From the IMG/VR virus record IMGVR_UViG_3300006755_000004, positions 1 through 50,989 of that record: a stretch of DNA of 50,989 nt; one strand, given 5' to 3'. The number at the start of each line of letters is the position of its first letter. The stretch's first letter is position 1. The notes under the pieces are model-generated. The model was given only the letters and a program-made list of their open reading frames with translations. It searched no databases and had not been told where the DNA came from. This DNA comes from a virus. Its lineage: Duplodnaviria > Caudoviricetes. Made by a program: the position numbers and the translations under genes. Shown here in pieces: positions 8,567 through 17,576 of the stretch.

Positions 8567-9564
8567 GCTGCCTTCCTCGTGTCTCGGTGGTCCCCGTACG
8601 GGTCCCGCTTCTTGTAGACCGCCTCCTTGTACTCCTCCACATCCGCGCCTGCTTCGTCCAGCATGCACATCTTGTAGAACTCGCATCGCCAGGAGCAGTC
8701 CCTCTGGGGTCGCTTGTAGATCGGGAGCGTCCCGTTCCGCATGGCCTCCATGTGCATGGCCTCGGCCTGGATGCGACGCTCCATGTTCTCGCGGTTGCCA
8801 ACCGACTTCCAGTCGACCTCTCGGACGAACAGCGGAGCCGGTTGAGTCTTGCTGACCGAGCCGTTCTTGTTGAGCGACTCGCCGCGCTCGTTGGTCGGCC
8901 GTTCGTCCGGCAACCCCTTGCGCATGAAGTTGTACTGGATGCCAGCGATCTCCTCGCGTGGCCCGATCAGGCCCTGACGACGGAGCACCCTCGTGGCCAC
9001 GTACCAGTACGAACCGGCCTGGTCGTCGAGAGGCAGATGCGCGGTCGAGATGCCTGCAGCCGTCTTGTGCTCCATGAGGAAGATCTCGCCCGTGCCCAAG
9101 TCCCTGTACACCCCGTCGAACGTTCCGACGTAGCGCACCAGAGCCTTGAGCTTGCCGTTGGCCTGTCGTGGCACCCTCGGGTCGGCGATGAGGAGGCGGA
9201 ACGTCTGCTCCGTGGCGATGACGTCCCAGTGTTCGTCCTCGCCGTACTTGTCGACGTAGCCCTCCATCATCGCGATGCCGAGCTCCTTCGCCTCGACGAA
9301 CTTGGCTCCATCCTCGTCGTACTCCGTCGGGATGTAGCGCTCCTCGTCGGCGCAGAAGTCCTCCCAGGTGTCAGCCGGGTGCGGACCCCGTTCCCGCCCC
9401 TTCTGATACCACTCGGCCAGAGCGATGTGGATGCCCTGCCCGAACCAGAGCGGGTTCGAGTCCCGCTTGGCTGCCAGCCCCTCGTTCGTGGACCACTGCC
9501 ACTTCTGAGGGCATTCCTTGAAGGTGCCTCGCTCAGACGTTCGCAGCATCTGGATGGTGGCCAT
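8563..9564 (-). CDS. PD-(D/E)XK RecB/Cas4-like exonuclease
   Basis: SERGTFKECPQKW, FGQGIH, GTFDG...EHKT, Q..SY, C-terminal CSWRCEFYKMC. Confidence 0.85.
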   Translation of the reverse strand: MATIQMLRTSERGTFKECPQKWQWSTNEGLAAKRDSNPLWFGQGIHIALAEWYQKGRERGPHPADTWEDFCADEERYIPTEYDEDGAKFVEAKELGIAMMEGYVDKYGEDEHWDVIATEQTFRLLIADPRVPRQANGKLKALVRYVGTFDGVYRDLGTGEIFLMEHKTAAGISTAHLPLDDQAGSYWYVATRVLRRQGLIGPREEIAGIQYNFMRKGLPDERPTNERGESLNKNGSVSKTQPAPLFVREVDWKSVGNRENMERRIQAEAMHMEAMRNGTLPIYKRPQRDCSWRCEFYKMCMLDEAGADVEEYKEAVYKKRDPYGDHRDTRKAA

Positions 9565-9781
9565 ACAGCTCCAGCTCCTCGTTGGCGTGTGCGGGGCGGA
9601 CGATGTGGTGCGCACCCGTCAGACTGCCACGGTTGATGTCGTGCCAGCCCATGCTCGGGCCGGTCGTCCATCCACCCTTGAGTTCCTTGTCGTGGTTCTT
9701 CGCCTTGTCGGCCGTCGTGAAGACGCCACGGACGCGGGTTCTCGGTCCTTCGGGATCCTGGATCAGGAGGAAGATCTGCAT
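9533..9781 (-). CDS. hypothetical protein (82 aa)
   Basis: MQIFLLIQDPEG...VRGVFTT; GGAG RBS. Confidence 0.6.
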   Translation of the reverse strand: MQIFLLIQDPEGPRTRVRGVFTTADKAKNHDKELKGGWTTGPSMGWHDINRGSLTGAHHIVRPAHANEELELYGHHPDAANV

Positions 9782-9800
9782 GTTGTTCTCCGGGGAAGTG

Positions 9801-9836
9801 CGAGGGGGACCGGCCGGTGCTGGCTGGTCCCCCTCG
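9801..9836 (-). terminator. GC-rich hairpin, probable terminator
   Basis: CGAGGGGGACC...GGTCCCCCTCG inverted repeat after the 9873 stop. Confidence 0.55.
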
Positions 9837-9872
9837 GGATCGTGCTGGTGGTGCGGTGTTGCCGGCAGTAGA

Positions 9873-10448
9873 TCAGCCGAGGTCGTCCTCGTCGAAGTCG
9901 TCCTCGACCGGCGCGGGCTTGGCCTTGGCGGCGGGGGCCGGACGGCGGCGACGGCGGGAGACCGGCTTCGCGGCGGGCTCCTCGGCCTCCTCCTCGGCCT
10001 CCTCGACGACCGGCTTGGCCTTCGCGGTGGCGGCACCCCGGCGACGGCGGCTCACGGGCTTGGCCGGGGGCTCCTCCGCCTCGTCCTCGTCGTCCTCGAC
10101 GGGCTCGGCCGCCTTCTTCGCGGCGGCCTTCTTGGCGGTGGCGGTCGCGGCCTTCTTCGCCTTGGCCTCGGCCTCCTCGCGCTTCTTGACCTCGCGGGCC
10201 TCGCGCTTCTCCTCGCGCTTGGCCTCGGCCTCCTCGGCCGCCGCGCGCTTCTCCGCCAGGACCTCCTGGTTCTCCGGCGACTTCTGGAACTCGATCCGGA
10301 GGGCGCAGGCCATCTGGACGGACTTGACGTCGACGTCCTCGTAGCCGGTCTTGTCGGCGATCCACTCGGCGAAGCGCTCGTGCAGGTCGCTGGGGTCCTT
10401 GTCGACGAGCTTCGTGAAGCGCTCGGTGTTCTCTTCGGCCTCGGCCAT
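9873..10448 (-). CDS. Lys/Ala/Glu-rich protein, paralog family member 1
   Basis: LHERFAEWIADKTG...DVKSVQMACALRIEFQKSPENQ shared with 16596-17069 and 20275-20868. Confidence 0.8.
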   Translation of the reverse strand: MAEAEENTERFTKLVDKDPSDLHERFAEWIADKTGYEDVDVKSVQMACALRIEFQKSPENQEVLAEKRAAAEEAEAKREEKREAREVKKREEAEAKAKKAATATAKKAAAKKAAEPVEDDEDEAEEPPAKPVSRRRRGAATAKAKPVVEEAEEEAEEPAAKPVSRRRRRPAPAAKAKPAPVEDDFDEDDLG

Positions 10449-10485
10449 GGTTATCTGCTCCATATCGAACGGGTGGGCACGACCA

Positions 10486-10508
10486 ACTATACCTCATATC
10501 GGCCGTGT
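10486..10508 (-). promoter_or_regulatory. putative promoter (ATATGAGG-TATAGT -10 box)
   Basis: Matches the -10/extended -10 part of the repeated early-promoter consensus; no clear -35. Confidence 0.5.
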
Positions 10509-10675
10509 CGGGGTTTATCGAGAATCGGTTCTCCTGGACAGCCGCATGCGGCGTTCCTGTCGTCTCCTTTCATCTTCCTGTCCTTGCTGGTAACCGACCT
10601 TGTACGCACGCCACGCCATCACCGACGGCACGCCGGACAGCACGATTACGAACAGAATATCCCGGATGTCCATCC

Positions 10676-12562
10676 CTACTCCTGCAGCATTCGGAGAGCG
10701 AACTCCACGCCCCTTCGGCCGTCGAGAACTCGCTTCTGTATCTGATCCTTGGAGATGTTCATGCCGGCAATCTTCTGGTCGATGCTGCCCTTTGCGTAGA
10801 GGTAGTGGATCGTCACCCGGTGGATTCGGGAGACGCGGTGGATGCGGTCTTCGACCTGCTCCTGGTCGTCCGGCACAAACGTCTCGTCCATGAAGAACAA
10901 CTCGTCACAATGCTGGTCAAGGTCGATCGCCGTTCCACCAGCGATCGTGTTCAGCATCATGATGCGTGGCCCGCCCGCAGACTGGAACTTCTCCTGCGCT
11001 GCCAGGCGTTGCTTCGGCGTGACGCCGCCCGTGATCTTGAGCGTCGGCACCTTCAGCTTCTTGAACTCGGCCTCCATAGCGTCGATCACCTTGCCGAACT
11101 GCGAGGCGATGACGTACTTGGTGCCGTTGTCGAACCGGCTCGTCCCGACCAGGCCACGTTCCTCCAACAGCTCAAGGAGAAACAGCCACTTGCAGCTCTT
11201 GGCCATGACCGGGCCGTCGGCTCCTTGGTACGCCGTTGCGATCTGGCGGAGCCGGGTGAGCTCAGCGAGGACGCCGGTCGCGCTGACCGACTTCTCACCG
11301 AACATGGCCTCGCCCATGAGCGCCATCTCGTCGTACTGCTTCTGCTGTTGCGGAGACGGCTCGCACCAGTGTTCCATGTACTGCTTGGGCGGGAGGTCCT
11401 GAGCAACCTCGCCCTTGGTCCGGCGCAGCATCACGTAGTCCAGCGATCGGTACAGCGCCTCTGCACGAGCCGGGTTCAGCCCGCCGATGCTCTGCCCGAA
11501 CCGTGTCTCCTGGACCTCCAAGTACTGTTGTGCCCAAGTCCACTTGGAGGAGTACTGCTTGGGGTCGAGCCAGTGGAGCACGCCCCAGAAGTTGACCGGG
11601 TTGCCCTTGATCGGCGTCCCGCTCAGAGCCACCTTGAGCCCGTCCTCGTCGACCTTCAGTCGACACAGGCCCTCGGCAACCTGAGTCTTGGCGTGTGCAC
11701 CCTTGATCCCGCTCAGGAACCGGTGCGTCTCGTCCACGACGATCGTGGTCCAGGTCGGCTCGAAGAACTCCGGGAACTGGACGACGTACGGACGAGGTGC
11801 AGTCTTGTGCCCCTCCTCGCGGTGGAAGATGTCCTCGTCAGGCGTTGAGAAGTCCTCAACGAACGACTTGCACTTCTGACACCAGCGACCCATCTTGATG
11901 CGGGTCGTCTCCGGATTGATGACGACGAACCGGGGCTCGTCCTCGGGAGCGAGGAGCGCGGCCTCGATGGCCTTGCGCTTCTGTGTGGCGCTGCCGTAGA
12001 CCGGGAACACTCGGAAGTCGGTCCACTTGCGGACCTCCTTCTCCCATGTGATCCGGATGGCCGTGGCCGGGCAGGCGATCAGGTGAAGGCCGACCTCGAT
12101 GCCGCGCTCAACGATGCCTCCGAGCGTCTGAATGGATTTGCCCAAACCGGGCTGGTCCGCCAGCAGGACACCGCCGTTGGGCTGGTTGGCGAGGAACGAA
12201 GCACCCACACGCTGGTATGTCCTCGTGTCCATCGCACCGGCCAGCCGGGGCAGGATCTCGTGCAGGCGGTCCAGCTCGATGTCGTTGAGCTTGCCCAGAT
12301 CGCGCATCGCCTCTTCCTGAGCGATGGCGTGCCTGGCCCACGCGGACAGCCGCTTGCCGACGACGAGCATGTCAGCGAAGACGTGGCGCAGCATCCGGCA
12401 TGTCGGAAGCGCCAGCGGATAGCTCCAACACCGCCTGGTCTTTGACCAGTTGTGGCCCGGGATCTCCTGGCACATCTCGCTCACACCAGGGAAGAACGGG
12501 CTCCGCAGGATGATGCGCTCGCCCTTGTCGTCGAGCTCAACATGTACGCGTGGGGCAGGCAT
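10676..12562 (-). CDS. SNF2-family helicase
   Basis: LLADQPGLGKS, VVDETH, LSGTP, MLRRTK, QVEDRIHR. Confidence 0.93.
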   Translation of the reverse strand: MPAPRVHVELDDKGERIILRSPFFPGVSEMCQEIPGHNWSKTRRCWSYPLALPTCRMLRHVFADMLVVGKRLSAWARHAIAQEEAMRDLGKLNDIELDRLHEILPRLAGAMDTRTYQRVGASFLANQPNGGVLLADQPGLGKSIQTLGGIVERGIEVGLHLIACPATAIRITWEKEVRKWTDFRVFPVYGSATQKRKAIEAALLAPEDEPRFVVINPETTRIKMGRWCQKCKSFVEDFSTPDEDIFHREEGHKTAPRPYVVQFPEFFEPTWTTIVVDETHRFLSGIKGAHAKTQVAEGLCRLKVDEDGLKVALSGTPIKGNPVNFWGVLHWLDPKQYSSKWTWAQQYLEVQETRFGQSIGGLNPARAEALYRSLDYVMLRRTKGEVAQDLPPKQYMEHWCEPSPQQQKQYDEMALMGEAMFGEKSVSATGVLAELTRLRQIATAYQGADGPVMAKSCKWLFLLELLEERGLVGTSRFDNGTKYVIASQFGKVIDAMEAEFKKLKVPTLKITGGVTPKQRLAAQEKFQSAGGPRIMMLNTIAGGTAIDLDQHCDELFFMDETFVPDDQEQVEDRIHRVSRIHRVTIHYLYAKGSIDQKIAGMNISKDQIQKRVLDGRRGVEFALRMLQE

Positions 12563-12972
12563 CAGTTACTCCAGACGATCTGGTCCCGCATGAAGCCGAG
12601 CTCGATGAGTTCGTCCCAGCACTTCTCGCAGGGCTCCCTCGTCGTGTACAGCATCACGTCGGGCGTCACCTGCCTGTGGTAGCGCAGATACTTGGTCACC
12701 GCGTTGATCTCGGCGTGGACCGCCTCGCAGAGGCCCGCACCGTCGAACGCTGCACCGTGCGGCAGCTGCTCGGCCGTGAGCAACCCTCGCGGGCAGCCTC
12801 CGATGTCGCAGTTGGGCCGTCCGGTCTTGGGGCCGTTGTAGCCGACGAACGTCCAGTAGTCGTCGACCACGAGGACAGCGCCGACCTGGTCACGAGAGCA
12901 TGAGCTGCGCATGGCCACCGATCGGGCCACGCCAAGCCACACCGTTCTCCAGTCGTCACGAGAACGTGTCAA
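12562..12972 (-). CDS. dCMP (deoxycytidylate) deaminase
   Basis: RSSC..DQVGAV, GYNG, HAEINA, PCEKC zinc-deaminase motifs. Confidence 0.9.
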   Translation of the reverse strand: MTRSRDDWRTVWLGVARSVAMRSSCSRDQVGAVLVVDDYWTFVGYNGPKTGRPNCDIGGCPRGLLTAEQLPHGAAFDGAGLCEAVHAEINAVTKYLRYHRQVTPDVMLYTTREPCEKCWDELIELGFMRDQIVWSN

Positions 12973-13162
12973 CCTGAATCACCATCCAGAAGTAGCTGAG
13001 GGAGACGAAGAACGCTACCGCTCCCGGGACGGCGAACGACTGGTCCTCGTCGGCGTGGAGGAAGAACCTGCGCTGCATCCAGAGGCCGATCGCCGCCGTG
13101 CCGAAGCCGACGATGATGTGGCCCAGGATGACGAGGCCTCCGACGAGTCCGATGTGCTCCAT
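12956..13162 (-). CDS. small membrane protein with two TM helices
   Basis: Two hydrophobic stretches. Confidence 0.6.
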   Translation of the reverse strand: MEHIGLVGGLVILGHIIVGFGTAAIGLWMQRRFFLHADEDQSFAVPGAVAFFVSLSYFWMVIQVDTFS

Positions 13163-13187
13163 GGTTTATGCTGCTCGCTCTCTGGTG

Positions 13188-13406
13188 CTAGTTGCCGGGC
13201 TTGTGGGTTTTGGTCGCGGCCGGACCCGGCTTGGGGTCGGGCTGCTTGGTGTTGTTGTCAGCCCCGCAGGACTGAAGGGCGAGGATCAGAGACGCACCGC
13301 ATATGGCGCCCACGATGAACGGACCCTTGCGGCTCCCTCGCATCTCCATCGCCGTCTCCTTGGACATCGCCAGAGACGCACCGTCGGGGACTTCGTTCCA
13401 CTTCAT
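13188..13406 (-). CDS. small membrane/lipoprotein-like protein
   Basis: MKWNEV...FIVGAICGASLILALQSC; GGAGG RBS. Confidence 0.6.
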   Translation of the reverse strand: MKWNEVPDGASLAMSKETAMEMRGSRKGPFIVGAICGASLILALQSCGADNNTKQPDPKPGPAATKTHKPGN

Positions 13407-13536
13407 TGGTCGGCCTCCGCCGAGGATCTGCCAGGGACGGCCCCGAGAACGGATTCTACGGGGTCGTAGGCGGCTCCGGGGCCGTCCCTGAGTACCTTTT
13501 GCCCGACGCGGTCGCGCCGAGCCGTTACGCGCCCGT

Positions 13537-13635
13537 TTACAGCGCCTTGACAACCTCGACGACGACCCTCAGCGCGCAGCCGAGCACGACGCCCCAGAGC
13601 ACCGCTCGCCAGAACTCGTGACGCGTCATGTGCAT
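13537..13635 (-). CDS. small hydrophobic peptide
   Basis: MHMTRHEFWRAVLWGVVLGCALRVVVEVVKAL; TGATG coupling. Confidence 0.5.
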   Translation of the reverse strand: MHMTRHEFWRAVLWGVVLGCALRVVVEVVKAL

Positions 13636-14207
13636 CACGCCATCAGCTTGGCATAGCAGGTGTCCCCGATGCCGCGCTCTCGGGTGTGCTTCTGCGTCAG
13701 CGGCGATCCGCAGCGCCCACACGTCCCGACGTTCAGCCCGAACAGAGCGAACGCGGCGACCGGGTCGGAGGCGATCCGCTTCAGGATCTTCTCCGGCCTG
13801 TAGATCCGCGTCATGCGGAACTCGCCCGGCGCACCCGTCAGCTCCCACAGCACCCGGTGTCGCGTGCCGGACACGTGGTAGAAGCGGATGTCATCGTCGT
13901 CCTCGTTCTTGAGGGCGTACTTGCCGTTGTCCACCTTCTCGAACAGCTCGTCCCTGGACAGTCCGTCGTTGGGCTGCTTGAGCATCTTGTCCAGGAACTC
14001 GCCAATGGCCTTCCGGCTGAGCCCGGCGATGGCGAGCTCGTAGTCCTTCTGGTCCATGCCGGCATACTCAGGCAGCCGCACCTTCTCGCGACCGAGCGCC
14101 TGTGCCAGCGACATCTGCTTCGGACTGGGCTGCCCCTCGTTGTTCGCGAAGCAGGCCCGGACCAACGCCACGCTGGCGTGATCGCCCTTGCAGTTACCAC
14201 ATCTCAT
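13635..14207 (-). CDS. zinc-ribbon (DUF6011-like) protein
   Basis: N-terminal CGNC..H...C and C-terminal CGRCGSPLT...RERGIGDTC. Confidence 0.7.
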   Translation of the reverse strand: MRCGNCKGDHASVALVRACFANNEGQPSPKQMSLAQALGREKVRLPEYAGMDQKDYELAIAGLSRKAIGEFLDKMLKQPNDGLSRDELFEKVDNGKYALKNEDDDDIRFYHVSGTRHRVLWELTGAPGEFRMTRIYRPEKILKRIASDPVAAFALFGLNVGTCGRCGSPLTQKHTRERGIGDTCYAKLMA

Positions 14208-14488
14208 CGCAGTGCCTCCATCCTCTCCACGGTCTCGGGGCAGTTGTCGGTGAAGACGTCGCCGCCCGGCTTGAGCGTCGGCCAGCCTTCCCGCTTCTCG
14301 GTTCTGTACTTGTTCTCGATGGAGGTCGTCGTCCGCCCCAGAGCGGCAGCGATCTCCTCGCGCTTGAACTCGTCCCACGCGTCCCGGAGGAACCGGACCT
14401 CGTCGCTCGTCCACAGCTTGCTGGAGTGGAACGCCGAGGTCCGGTTCTCCTGAACCGACCGGACACGAGCCAGGTCGGAGCGCTTCAT
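14204..14488 (-). CDS. Myb/SANT-like HTH DNA-binding protein
   Basis: WTSDEVRFL...EIAAALGRTTTSIENK. Confidence 0.7.
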   Translation of the reverse strand: MKRSDLARVRSVQENRTSAFHSSKLWTSDEVRFLRDAWDEFKREEIAAALGRTTTSIENKYRTEKREGWPTLKPGGDVFTDNCPETVERMEALR

Positions 14489-15459
14489 CAGCCGATCGCC
14501 TTCTTGCTGCCGCCCATTCGGTCCTGGCCGATGTCGGCCGTCCGGCCGTCGCGCTGGCCACGGTCGTACGCCTCGCCCACGATGCGCTGGCGATAGCCCT
14601 TGCCGTCCTTGTGACCCATGAGCCGCTTGAGCTCGTCCATCGCGTCCTTCACGAGCTTGTTGCGGTCGAACAGCACGAGCTCCGCACCGGACGTCGACTT
14701 GACCTGGTCGTCGCGGTACTTGCGCAGCATGGCGAACCGGTCGCGCACCTCGTTGAGGAAGCCCTGCGCGTAGGAGCGCTGGAAGGTCACCGGGGACGAC
14801 ACCGCGCGGTACGGCTCACCGATGTCCTTGCACCAGCGCTTGGCCGCCCGGATCAAGCGACCGCCGTCCTTCTTGCCCTTGCCCGCGTCGTCGACCTCCC
14901 ACGGGACGATCTCCCAGCTGGTGTCGATGACGGTGCCGAGCTCCGTGGCCTCGTGCCAGGCCTGGTTCATCAGGAAGGCGATGCGCTGCCACTTGATCCC
15001 GGCCTCGTGCAGGATGTACACGTTCTCGTCGAACGAGAGCTGCTTGTTGGGCTTGGGGTCGAGCTTGGCCAGCGCCTGGAGGCGCAGCGAGGTGTACACC
15101 ATCTCGACCAGGTTCATGTTGCTGGGGAACCCGACCAGGTAGCCGGAGCCGGAGGTCCAGCCGAAGAACTCGCAGTCGTAGTGCTTGGCGACCGCGATGA
15201 TCAGGTTGTACCACTGGTTGCCGAGCTTGTCGTTTGCCGGCATGAACGAGATGATCCGCTGCTCGGGCTCCTCGACGATGCCCCCGGCGAGCTGCCGAGC
15301 CGCGCTCAGCATGGCCTCGTCGATGGCGTACTTCTGCATCAGCTGCTCGGCCTTGCTGAGGTATGTCTGTGCGCCCTCAGGGTTGGTGTCGACCAGCGAC
15401 TGATACGTGTCGAGCAGGCCCTGGATCTTGGCCAGCATCGGGTTCTGCGTTACGGACAT
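14488..15459 (-). CDS. DUF2786-like domain protein
   Basis: MLAKIQGLL...EGAQTYLSKAEQLMQKYAID N-terminus, SYAQGF and AYDRGQRDG C-terminal patterns; start follows HH1 and GAGGAG. Confidence 0.75.
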   Translation of the reverse strand: MSVTQNPMLAKIQGLLDTYQSLVDTNPEGAQTYLSKAEQLMQKYAIDEAMLSAARQLAGGIVEEPEQRIISFMPANDKLGNQWYNLIIAVAKHYDCEFFGWTSGSGYLVGFPSNMNLVEMVYTSLRLQALAKLDPKPNKQLSFDENVYILHEAGIKWQRIAFLMNQAWHEATELGTVIDTSWEIVPWEVDDAGKGKKDGGRLIRAAKRWCKDIGEPYRAVSSPVTFQRSYAQGFLNEVRDRFAMLRKYRDDQVKSTSGAELVLFDRNKLVKDAMDELKRLMGHKDGKGYRQRIVGEAYDRGQRDGRTADIGQDRMGGSKKAIG

Positions 15460-15474
15460 GTGCAAGTCTCCTCG

Positions 15475-15539
15475 GGACTCGTCAGCACCGGTACCATACC
15501 GGCGGACCAGCAGCGCTTCCCAGCGGGCTGGTTTCGTCC
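15475..15539 (-). ncRNA. type II hammerhead ribozyme HH1
   Basis: Minus strand: GGAC-GAAA-CCAGC...GCTGG-TC^CGCCGG-TATGGTA-CCGGTG-CTGACGA-GTCC; predicted cut 15505/15504. Confidence 0.93.
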
Positions 15540-15542
15540 TGG

Positions 15543-15692
15543 CTAGAGGAAGATGGACCAGATGAGGAAGGCTCCGAAGCTGCCTCCCAGGATGAAGACC
15601 GCGAGCACGACGAACATGCAGCCGAGCGCACAGCCCTTGCCGTCCTTGTCCATGTCGTGCTTGGTCCACCAGTTCTCGATGTAGCTCGCCAT
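15543..15692 (-). CDS. small single-TM membrane protein
   Basis: MASYIENWW...GCALGCMFVVLAVFILGGSFGAFLIWSIFL; TGATG coupling. Confidence 0.6.
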   Translation of the reverse strand: MASYIENWWTKHDMDKDGKGCALGCMFVVLAVFILGGSFGAFLIWSIFL

Positions 15693-15781
15693 CAGCCCAG
15701 CGCCTCCCAGAGGGGCTTGACAGCCGGGTTGCTCACCGGCATCGCCGGAGGCTCTTCCGTGACCCACACGTCTTCGTCCAT
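15692..15781 (-). CDS. 29-aa peptide
   Basis: MDEDVWVTEEPPAMPVSNPAVKPLWEALG; GGAGG RBS immediately after HH2. Confidence 0.55.
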   Translation of the reverse strand: MDEDVWVTEEPPAMPVSNPAVKPLWEALG

Positions 15782-15797
15782 GTGCAAGATCCTCCAC

Positions 15798-15872
15798 GAT
15801 CTCGTCAGCACCCGTACCTTACGGGCGGACGCTCCGTCCACGGCTGGCAACCGCGTGCGGAGCGTTTCGATC
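15798..15872 (-). ncRNA. type II hammerhead ribozyme HH2
   Basis: GATC-GAAA-CGCTCC...GGAGCG-TC^CGCCCG-TAAGGTA-CGGGTG-CTGACGA-GATC; stem II covaries (GATC/GATC); cut 15828/15827. Confidence 0.93.
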
Positions 15873-15884
15873 TGGCTGGGAGGC

Positions 15885-15980
15885 TCAGCCCCGCTGCGAG
15901 GCGATGTACGCCACGAGCAGGGCCAAGGTTAATAACCAGAACCATCTTCCTGAGCGGTCCGGCCGCTGCCTGTGGTTCAT
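15885..15980 (-). CDS. 31-aa membrane peptide
   Basis: MNHRQRPDRSGRWFWLLTLALLVAYIASQRG. Confidence 0.45.
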   Translation of the reverse strand: MNHRQRPDRSGRWFWLLTLALLVAYIASQRG

Positions 15981-15982
15981 GG

Positions 15983-16453
15983 TCAGTCCGTGGTCTCGAC
16001 GAAGCCCGCGTCGTCCCCGAAGTCGCTGGGGGCGTTCTCGTCCGGGATGCCGAACTCGCGACGCCGGTTGACCTCGTCCGGCGAGACGAGCTTCATCTGG
16101 CGACCCCTGAAGTCGATCCCGATGTCGTGGCGTGCCTTGAGCTCGTGCACCAGCCACGCCGGGTTGATCCAGAGCGGGACGTACATGGAGCCGTTGTTCA
16201 GCAGCTCGATGTACGCGGCCTTGATCAGGTCGTCGCACCCCATCTCGCGGAGCGTCTTGGGCAGCTCCAGCATCTCGGGCGTGGGGTCGGTGTTGCAAGG
16301 CCGGAGGTTGTAGTCGACCTCGTTGTTGTCCGCGTCGCGCAGCCGGAGCCGGTTGATCGCGTCGTTGGCCTTGTCCTCGTCGGTGAACACCGCCAGGTGC
16401 TCCTCGCGGTCCTCCTCGACCAGCACCTTGTAGATGTTCCACACAACGTCCAT
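15983..16453 (-). CDS. hypothetical protein (156 aa)
   Basis: MDVVWNIYKV...; GAGGAGG RBS right after HH3. Confidence 0.75.
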   Translation of the reverse strand: MDVVWNIYKVLVEEDREEHLAVFTDEDKANDAINRLRLRDADNNEVDYNLRPCNTDPTPEMLELPKTLREMGCDDLIKAAYIELLNNGSMYVPLWINPAWLVHELKARHDIGIDFRGRQMKLVSPDEVNRRREFGIPDENAPSDFGDDAGFVETTD

Positions 16454-16466
16454 GCATCCTCCTCGG

Positions 16467-16530
16467 GGACTCCTCAGCAGCGCCATCCAGCGCCGGACCA
16501 TCGGCTCCTTGCGGAGCTTAGGTTTCGTCC
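16467..16530 (-). ncRNA. type II hammerhead ribozyme HH3
   Basis: GGAC-GAAA-CC(TAA)GCTCC-GCAA-GGAGC(CGAT)GG-TC^CGGCGC-TGGATG-GCGCTG-CTGAGGA-GTCC; cut 16496/16495. Confidence 0.9.
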
Positions 16531-16595
16531 TTGCCACCCTGGCACCCTGGCCGAGGGACTCGAAGTCTCCTCGACCAGGGGCGCTCGGTGGGGTG

Positions 16596-17069
16596 TTACT
16601 TGGTGGTGGTCCGACGCGTCCGGCGGGTGCGCGGCTTGGGCGCGTCCTCCGTGGGCTCGGCAGCAGCCTCCGTGGCCGCCTCCGCGCCGTTCTCCGTGTC
16701 GGCCTCAGCGGCGGGCTCAGCGTCGTCCTTCGGGGCCTCAGCGGGCTCCTTGGGCTTCGCCTCGTCCGTCGCGGCCTCCTCGCCCTTGAGCTTGGCGAGC
16801 TCGGCCTCCAGCTTGGCGAGCTTCCGGGCCTTGGCCTCTTCCGCCTTCTTGGCGGCCTCGGCCTTGCGCTCCTTCAGCGCCTGCTGGTTCTCGTCGGACG
16901 CCTGGAAGTCCATCCGCAGCGTCACGGCGAGCTGGACCGTCTTCAGGTCCGGGGTGAAGCCCGTCTTCTCCTCGATCCACTTGGCGAACTGCTTGTGGAG
17001 CTCGGTGGGCTCGCTGGCCGCCCGCTCGACGAAGGTCTTCTTGGTCTCGGCGGTGGTGTTCTCGGCCAT
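16596..17069 (-). CDS. Lys/Ala/Glu-rich protein, paralog family member 2
   Basis: LHKQFAKWIEEKTG...DLKTVQLAVTLRMDFQASDENQ; AAGGAGG RBS after HH4. Confidence 0.8.
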   Translation of the reverse strand: MAENTTAETKKTFVERAASEPTELHKQFAKWIEEKTGFTPDLKTVQLAVTLRMDFQASDENQQALKERKAEAAKKAEEAKARKLAKLEAELAKLKGEEAATDEAKPKEPAEAPKDDAEPAAEADTENGAEAATEAAAEPTEDAPKPRTRRTRRTTTK

Positions 17070-17085
17070 GGTGTTTCCTCCTTGG

Positions 17086-17149
17086 GGACTCCTCAGCACC
17101 GGCTCTTACCGGCGTACGGCCAGCGCCTCCCGGCGGGACCGTTTCGTCC
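17086..17149 (-). ncRNA. type II hammerhead ribozyme HH4
   Basis: GGAC-GAAA-CGGTC...GGCCG-TA^CGCCGG-TAAGAG-CCGGTG-CTGAGGA-GTCC; GUA site, cut 17115/17114. Confidence 0.92.
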
Positions 17150-17570
17150 TGTGTATTGCATGCCGGCATCTCATCCGCTTGTGGATGGTTGCGGTTGCCG
17201 GCAGACCGTCCACCTTTCGACTTCCTGGCCAGAGGTGCCCCGAGCGGGGTGTCTCACTTGACCCAGGCTTGAAGAGGTGGAGTCCGTCGCTCGCTAGCAG
17301 CTTTCAGTACCAACCGGATGTGTGCGCTTCCGGCCTCCGCAGTGGAGGTCGGCTGCCCGTCCTCGGCCAGTCCAGTCGCTTCGCTCGCAACTACCGGTTT
17401 TGGGGAGTCCGGTTCCTGTCTAGAGTCAGCGGCCAGGACCGGGGTCCTGTGCGCGATCTCAGCCGTCTCTCTTGGCTGTCCTGCTCGGGTTCGCGGTCTT
17501 CGGGCGGAACCTCGACCCTCGGCCAGACCGGCCATCCGGGGAGTTCGTTCCTTGCCCTCGTCGCTTCCTG
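17150..17570 (-). ncRNA. candidate large structured ncRNA A (paralog of 21279-21597)
   Basis: About 420 nt between a promoter and HH4 with no convincing CDS; 5' ~90 nt and 3' end homologous to copy B. Confidence 0.6.
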
Positions 17571-17576
17571 AGTAGA

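Noticed and set aside
8563-9564. Cas4 as evidence of a CRISPR system
   Set aside because: It is a stand-alone phage RecB/Cas4-like exonuclease in an SSB-Sak4 recombination module.
9801-9836. Additional hammerheads at other intergenic hairpins (9801, 18206, 6619, 40209)
   Set aside because: They lack the CUGANGA and GAAA cores and are treated as terminators.
17254-17535. 93-aa ORF (and the long 5' extension of ORF 21012-21731) as protein-coding
   Set aside because: There is no RBS, the composition is atypical, and homology between the two regions includes frame-breaking indels. A non-coding RNA fits better, though a peptide cannot be excluded.
17150-17570. tmRNA, RNase P RNA, tRNA or group I intron identity for the candidate ncRNA
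   Set aside because: I found no tRNA-like ends, T-loop/CCA, RNase P P4 motif or intron core by eye.
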